The notes under the pieces: generated by a model
What the model was told of the DNA's origin: nothing
What the model saw: the letters and a program-made list of their open reading frames with translations, nothing else
The model's database searches: none
Position numbers and translations under genes: made by a program
Source of the DNA: a virus
Length of the DNA stretch: 5,913 bases
Virus record (IMG/VR): IMGVR_UViG_3300020030_000109
Coordinates: 1-5,913 of that record
Reading direction: 5' to 3' (one strand)
Shown here: piece by piece, positions 1-2,373 of the stretch
Position numbering within the stretch: the stretch's first letter is position 1
How the letters are laid out: each line of letters starts with the position of its first letter

Positions 1-121
1 GCAGCGATACCAGAATACTACTGGAGAAAGCTGGAGGCTGAAAACCCCGAAAAGGCATGGAGAATCAAGAAGTATCGACAGGAAAAAGCCATAGCGTCCT
101 TAATTGAAAGAAACGCGGAAA
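1..121. repeat. Terminal direct repeat (left copy). It is identical to 5793-5913 and is an assembly overlap of a circular 5,792-nt genome.
   Basis: Base-by-base comparison: gcagcgataccagaatactactggagaaagctggaggctg...gaaagaaacgcggaaa occurs at both ends. The rep reading frame is continuous across the junction (5793 and 1 are both codon position 1). Confidence 0.95.
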
Positions 122-204
122 CCAATAAACCATACGCAGAACAGCTAAAGGACAAAGAAACATCCATGTCCAAAAAGATGAGCAAAGCCAAAGGCATATT
201 TTGA
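1..204 (+). CDS. VP4: C-terminal 67 codons plus stop of the replication initiation protein (VP4/Rep). This is the wrap-around continuation of the ORF starting at 4977.
   Basis: Frame 1 is open from base 1 (AAIPEYYWRKLEAENPEKAWRIKKYRQEKAIASLIERNAETNKPYAEQLKDKETSMSKKMSKAKGIF) to TGA at 202-204. The first 121 nt duplicate the end of the 4977 ORF. A strong terminator follows. Confidence 0.9.
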   Translation, partial: AAIPEYYWRKLEAENPEKAWRIKKYRQEKAIASLIERNAETNKPYAEQLKDKETSMSKKMSKAKGIF

Positions 205-214
205 CACGTGGTGT

Positions 215-266
215 CACTCCGCCAAGTAACTATCAAGTAAGACTACTTGGCGGAGTGTTTTATTTT
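215..266 (+). terminator. Rho-independent terminator downstream of rep.
   Basis: Perfect 14-bp stem cactccgccaagta (215-228) / tacttggcggagtg (244-257) with a 15-nt loop, followed by TTTTATTTT (258-266). Confidence 0.85.
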
Positions 267-272
267 ATATTG

Positions 273-313
273 ACATGCACGTGCGCACACGTAATCGCGC
301 GCACACGCGCATG
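273..313. other. Alternating purine/pyrimidine (CG/CA-type, Z-DNA-prone) imperfect palindrome. It is a candidate ssDNA hairpin with a TAAT loop.
   Basis: Strict R-Y alternation over 273-293 (21 nt) and 296-313 (18 nt). Direct 9-mer gcgcacacg occurs at 283-291 and 299-307. catgc (274-278) pairs with gcatg (309-313), and about 14 of 19 stem positions are pairable around the loop taat (292-295). Confidence 0.6.
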
Positions 314-320
314 ATATTAT
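312..320 (+). promoter_or_regulatory. Possible extended -10 promoter element (TGaTATTAT) facing the iteron / small-ORF region.
   Basis: TG at 312-313, one base, then TATTAT at 315-320. There is no good -35 at 17 bp (taatcg). A consensus TTGACA at 270-275 is too far upstream to serve it. The region is AT-rich, so chance occurrence is plausible. Confidence 0.3.
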
Positions 321-358
321 TATTATTTTATTATTAATTTGTTGTAGTCGTAGTAGTA
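315..358. repeat. Triplet-periodic low-complexity tract: (TAT)4 TT (TAT)2 TAATTT followed by GTT GTA GTC (GTA)3.
   Basis: Read directly: tattattattat (315-326), tattat (329-334), gttgtagtcgtagtagta (341-358). It ends in a G5 run (359-363). Confidence 0.8.
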
Positions 359-370
359 GGGGGTGTTGAA

Positions 371-454
371 ATGTTGAAAACTATGAATTTTTATCCTTGG
401 AACGATATTTTTTGGTTAATTTTGATGTTGATACTTTTGTGGATAACCTGTTGA
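371..454 (+). CDS. Candidate 27-aa hydrophobic peptide (MLKTMNFYPWNDIFWLILMLILLWITC). It is a possible membrane, lysis or toxin-type small protein and is absent from the ORF track because of its length.
   Basis: ATG at 371 lies 7 nt after the SD-like AGGGGGTG (358-365), the same GGGGG-type SD used by the 913 and 4098 genes. The ORF is open for 27 codons to TGA 452-454. The C-terminal 15 residues are TM-like. Caveat: T-rich non-coding DNA readily gives hydrophobic pseudo-ORFs. Confidence 0.35.
   Translation: MLKTMNFYPWNDIFWLILMLILLWITC
438..446 (-). promoter_or_regulatory. Perfect consensus DnaA box (TGTGGATAA, the reverse complement of TTATCCACA).
   Basis: Exact 9/9 match to the E. coli / B. 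subtilis DnaA-box consensus. It sits immediately 5' (2-nt spacer CC) of a TGTTGAAA pair. Confidence 0.55.
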
Positions 455-475
455 AATGTTGAAAGTGTAGCAATA

Positions 476-495
476 TGCACAAAAACCTTTGTGCA
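476..495. other. Hairpin / inverted repeat between the two iteron modules.
   Basis: tgcacaaa (476-483), loop aacc, tttgtgca (488-495), a perfect 8-bp stem. Each arm overlaps a near-DnaA-box 9-mer: atatgcaca at 473-481 and tgtgcaaca at 490-498. Confidence 0.6.
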
Positions 496-501
496 ACATT
501 T

Positions 502-510
502 TGTGGAAAA
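502..510 (-). promoter_or_regulatory. DnaA box fitting the relaxed consensus TTWTNCACA (TGTGGAAAA, reverse complement TTTTCCACA).
   Basis: 8/9 to the strict consensus and 9/9 to the relaxed one. It has the same orientation and the same CC-TGTTGAAA context as the box at 438-446. Confidence 0.45.
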
Positions 511-549
511 CCTGTTGAAAGTGTTGAAAGTGTTGAAAAAGCAAATAAA

Positions 550-620
550 GGCCGGCCGGCGAGCGAAATCGAAAGGTCGCGTCATGCTCTTCGTACGGCG
601 CACCGCGCCTAGCGCATGAC
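550..620. other. GC-rich structured island inside the AT-rich non-coding region: a GGCCGGCC palindrome plus a nested imperfect hairpin.
   Basis: ggccggcc at 550-557. Outer stem gtcatgc (581-587) / gcatgac (614-620). Inner stem ggcgc (597-601) / gcgcc (605-609) with loop acc, plus a595-t610 and t594-a611. Confidence 0.6.
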
Positions 621-659
621 CTTCAAGGCAAAATTCTTCTAACTTTTTTTCAAAAAAGC

Positions 660-693
660 TTGACTTTTAGATAAAAATATGATAGAATATAAT
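660..693 (+). promoter_or_regulatory. Strong sigma70/sigmaA-type promoter (P1) for the two-small-ORF cassette.
   Basis: -35 TTGACT (660-665), a 17-nt spacer, an extended TG (680-681) and -10 TAGAAT (683-688). A perfect TATAAT overlaps at 688-693. An A/T-rich UP-like tract lies at 631-658. Confidence 0.8.
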
Positions 694-714
694 CACAGAA
701 AGGAAGTAATCAAA

Positions 715-894
715 ATGAAGCAAAAGGAATACAAGTTTTTAGCAAAAATTAGCTACAAGGACGGAAGAGAAGAGACGAACCCGTTTATTGACTACACAGC
801 AAGCGCAAGAGTACGAGCTAAAAAAGTAGCAAGCAGAACAGATGTGGACTCAGTAACGCTATACAGGATAGACAAAACCGAAGAATTTATCTGA
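715..894 (+). CDS. Hypothetical small protein, 59 aa (MKQKEYKFLAKISYKDGREETNPFIDYTASARVRAKKVASRTDVDSVTLYRIDKTEEFI).
   Basis: This is the ORF-track entry 679-894. I moved the start to ATG 715 because ATG 679 lies inside the -10 region of P1. The SD AAAGGAAG (699-706) is 8 nt upstream of 715. I recognise no family. Confidence 0.65.
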   Translation: MKQKEYKFLAKISYKDGREETNPFIDYTASARVRAKKVASRTDVDSVTLYRIDKTEEFI

Positions 895-912
895 GAAAGG
901 GGGACAACAAAA

Positions 913-1098
913 ATGAGAACGAAATCCTTAGGCCACCTAAGCAAAAAAGCCACAGTAGAACTATTTACATGCGGAACCTACGACAGCAAAAAATACAGAT
1001 ACATATACAAGCCGGACGAAGACAGCGTATACAGAATCGAAAAAGAGCTGTTAGGCACAACCGAAGCACTCAACCCCGAAAATTGGATAGAACAGTAA
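913..1098 (+). CDS. Hypothetical small protein, 61 aa.
   Basis: ORF-track entry. The SD GAAAGGGGGA (896-905) lies upstream of ATG 913, with its G5 core (899-903) 9 nt before the start. A terminator follows directly. I recognise no family. Confidence 0.65.
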   Translation: MRTKSLGHLSKKATVELFTCGTYDSKKYRYIYKPDEDSVYRIEKELLGTTEALNPENWIEQ

Positions 1099-1106
1099 AA
1101 ATAACC

Positions 1107-1132
1107 AAAGAGGCTTGACAAGCCTCTTTTTT
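1107..1132 (+). terminator. Rho-independent terminator closing the small-ORF cassette.
   Basis: Stem aaagaggctt (1107-1116) / aagcctcttt (1121-1130), loop gaca. The T-run 1127-1132 overlaps the 3' arm of the stem. Confidence 0.8.
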
Positions 1133-1143
1133 AAATATATACT
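1115..1143 (+). promoter_or_regulatory. Near-consensus promoter (P2) for the structural/replication gene block. Its -35 lies in the loop and 3' arm of the preceding terminator.
   Basis: -35 TTGACA (1115-1120), exactly 17 nt of spacer (1121-1137), -10 TATACT (1138-1143). Confidence 0.65.
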
Positions 1144-1219
1144 AAAAACAGTTAAACAGCACAAAAGTGCTCTTTTACAAAACCATTTATACAAAATAAT
1201 TTTTTAGGAGGTGTTTGCT

Positions 1220-1324
1220 CTGACCTTCAAGGAAATTAACGCGCTGTTTAGCAACATCCGCAAAATCCTAGCCATGTTGGATAAGATTTATCACGCAGTA
1301 GAGGGCAACAAGCCCGAGGAGTAA
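1220..1324 (+). CDS. Candidate 34-codon ORF with a non-canonical CTG start ((M)TFKEINALFSNIRKILAMLDKIYHAVEGNKPEE).
   Basis: A consensus SD AGGAGGTG (1206-1213) has no ATG/GTG/TTG at productive spacing. The only near-cognate start at 5-10 nt is CTG 1220 (8 nt after GGAGG), which opens a frame to TAA 1322-1324. The peptide is predicted to be helical and amphipathic. The alternative in-frame start ATG 1274 has no SD. Confidence 0.3.
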   Translation: MTFKEINALFSNIRKILAMLDKIYHAVEGNKPEE

Positions 1325-1337
1325 CAACGAGTGGCCT

Positions 1338-1559
1338 ATGAAAACTTGGAACGTAAGAGACCAGACCGACACGACGCTAGCGACGACACTCGCCAGAACC
1401 TACAAGGAAATCGAAGCGACATACAAACACGTAAAAAAAGCCGCAACGATAGAGGACGCAAAATTTTACATTGACATGGCATTTAGGAAAAAAGCTTTCG
1501 CAAATGACATCGAGATGGAACAAATCCGGAGGAGAATCAACAATGGCGAAGAGGAATAA
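1338..1559 (+). CDS. Hypothetical protein, 73 aa, predicted helical.
   Basis: ORF-track entry on the same strand as all phage genes. The SD is weak (GAGTGG 1329-1334). It starts 13 nt after the stop of the candidate CTG ORF, so translational coupling is possible. I recognise no family. Confidence 0.5.
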   Translation: MKTWNVRDQTDTTLATTLARTYKEIEATYKHVKKAATIEDAKFYIDMAFRKKAFANDIEMEQIRRRINNGEEE

Positions 1560-1662
1560 AGTCCGCAAATCCAAAGACGCAAAAATTTACAACAAGACCG
1601 CAAAAAAAACCAAGGCAATCAACCTTGGGAGCGGCGCAATGCGAGGAGGTATCCGACTGTGA
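1543..1662 (+). CDS. Small basic DNA-binding/packaging protein, 39 aa, analogue of phiX174 J and gokushovirus ORF8 (MAKRNKVRKSKDAKIYNKTAKKTKAINLGSGAMRGGIRL).
   Basis: This is ORF-track 1471-1662 trimmed to ATG 1543, which lies 8 nt after the SD GGAGGAG (1528-1534). The protein is very K/R-rich. Its C-terminal MRGGIRL resembles the RGG-basic-hydrophobic C-terminus I recall for chlamydiaphage and SpV4 ORF8 proteins. That recollection is from memory and not verified. Confidence 0.65.
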   Translation: MAKRNKVRKSKDAKIYNKTAKKTKAINLGSGAMRGGIRL

Positions 1663-1901
1663 GCAACAATGTATATGGCATCTATGACAAATGCGTGATG
1701 GGCTATATCACCATCTTTACCGAGCGCGAAGACAAGGTGGCCGAGCGTAACTTTAAGATTGCACTGACCGACGAACACAACATCATGAGCAAGACACCCA
1801 GTGACTACAGGCTGGTGCGGCTTGCAAAATTCGACGAACGCGACGGCGACTTCACGGAAGCAAAGGAGAACATTTACGATGGCGTTTCGCTCAGTAAGTA
1901 A
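1659..1901 (+). CDS. VP5-like non-structural protein, 80 aa.
   Basis: The GTG start overlaps the upstream stop (GTGA, 1659-1662). The SD GAGGAGG (1643-1649) is 9 nt upstream. The pattern VYGIYDK...Y...F...A.R.F....P.DY.L..L..FD...G.F matches my recollection of gokushovirus VP5, and its position just upstream of VP3 is typical. Confidence 0.6.
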   Translation: MSNNVYGIYDKCVMGYITIFTEREDKVAERNFKIALTDEHNIMSKTPSDYRLVRLAKFDERDGDFTEAKENIYDGVSLSK

Positions 1902-2373
1902 CTTTCGAAAAACAGCAACAGCAAAGCCAACCGAAGCCGGAGAAAGCGTAAGACGCACATACCTCTGGGAACGCGACGACAAAGGCGAAAAGGTACTGAG
2001 ACTCGACCAGACGATTGACCAGCAGGCGGAAATCGACTCCTACTTGGAAGAAACCAAGATAGAAAACATTATCCGACGGGCAAGCATCGACCCGAACATT
2101 GCAGCACGAATCGCGCCAGACTTGGGCGGCGGCGTCCAAGATTTTACCGAAATGCCGCATACGCTAGCAGAACTCCAAAACATCATGATACGAGCTGAAC
2201 AGATTTGGGACGAAGTGCCAAAAGAAATCAAGCTCAAATTCAACAACGATGTCGATAATTTTGTTGCATCGTTTGGCACGGTCGAATGGGCTAAAAATCT
2301 GGGCATCTACAAAGAAAAACAGCCCAACAACAAAACAACCGAGGCAACAGAAGTAACGGAGGCTAAAGAGTGA
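1879..2373 (+). CDS. VP3: Internal scaffolding protein VP3, 164 aa.
   Basis: This is ORF-track 1801-2373 trimmed to ATG 1879, which lies 9 nt after the SD AAGGAGA (1863-1869). The conserved gokushovirus scaffold core is present: DFTEMPHTLAELQNIMIRAEQIWDEVPKEIKLKFNNDVDNFVASF. It lies immediately upstream of VP1. Confidence 0.8.
   Translation: MAFRSVSNFRKTATAKPTEAGESVRRTYLWERDDKGEKVLRLDQTIDQQAEIDSYLEETKIENIIRRASIDPNIAARIAPDLGGGVQDFTEMPHTLAELQNIMIRAEQIWDEVPKEIKLKFNNDVDNFVASFGTVEWAKNLGIYKEKQPNNKTTEATEVTEAKE

Larger units (their letters stand above)
363..538 (+). repeat. Iteron array: seven direct copies of NTGTTGAAA in three clusters (2+2+3). Clusters 2 and 3 belong to a duplicated module of about 30 nt.
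   Basis: TGTTGAAA occurs at 364-371, 372-379, 449-456, 457-464, 513-520, 522-529 and 531-538. Module ttgtggataacctgttgaaatgttgaaagtg (437-467) matches ttgtggaaaacctgttgaaagtgttgaaagtg (501-532) with one substitution and one 1-nt indel, 64 nt apart. Confidence 0.9.

Noticed and set aside
202-216. Small hairpin tgacac-gtg-gtgtca overlapping the rep stop codon, and recurrence of CACGTG (205-210, 279-284, 5253-5258).
   Set aside because: The stem is only 6 bp with a 3-nt loop and is adjacent to a much stronger terminator. Three CACGTG sites against about 1.4 expected is not significant.
270-297. Consensus TTGACA at 270-275 as the -35 of a promoter.
   Set aside because: The best -10 at 16-17 nt is TAATCG, which lacks the invariant final T, and it lies inside the GC-rich alternating tract. 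The TGnTATTAT at 312-320 is too far away to pair with it.
304-331. Possible XerC/D dif-like site (cacGCGCATgA-tattat-TattaTTttAT compared with E. coli dif GGTGCGCATAA-TGTATA-TTATGTTAAAT), as used by lysogenic enterobacterial gokushoviruses.
   Set aside because: Only 7/11 bases match in the XerC arm and 6/11 in the normally better-conserved XerD arm, within AT-rich low-complexity sequence. That is not distinguishable from chance without the host's own dif.
363-538. Could the short direct repeats be a CRISPR array or a mini-array?
   Set aside because: The repeat unit is only 8-9 nt, the copies are tandem or separated by non-uniform spacers, and there is no 24-40-nt repeat/spacer periodicity.
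391-603. 70-aa minus-strand ORF covering the iteron region (its protein contains FNTFNTFNRFST).
   Set aside because: Its repetitive peptide is just the translated reverse complement of the TGTTGAAA repeats. It has no SD, and it lies on the strand that Microviridae do not transcribe. I treated the region as non-coding on the minus strand.
475-612. 45-codon + strand ORF (MHKNLCATFCGKPVESVESVEK...) spanning the hairpin, the third iteron cluster and the GC island.
   Set aside because: It has no SD. Its VESVESVE repeat is simply the translated iterons, and it runs through strongly structured GC hairpins. It is more likely non-coding.
616-627. 12-nt direct repeat tgaccttcaagg at 616-627 and 1221-1232, containing the dyad cctt-c-aagg.
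   Set aside because: About one repeated 12-mer pair is expected by chance in a 5.9-kb sequence, and the flanking similarity is minimal. I noted it only as a possible operator if it is conserved in relatives.
679-714. N-terminal extension of the first cassette ORF (ATG 679). The upstream starts of ORF 1471-1662 (ATG 1471) and ORF 1801-2373 (GTG 1801) were treated the same way.
   Set aside because: ATG 679 sits inside the promoter's extended -10, so it would not be on the transcript. ATG 1471 and GTG 1801 lack SDs, whereas the internal starts 1543 and 1879 have excellent SDs at 8-9 nt and begin the recognisable J-like and VP3 sequences.
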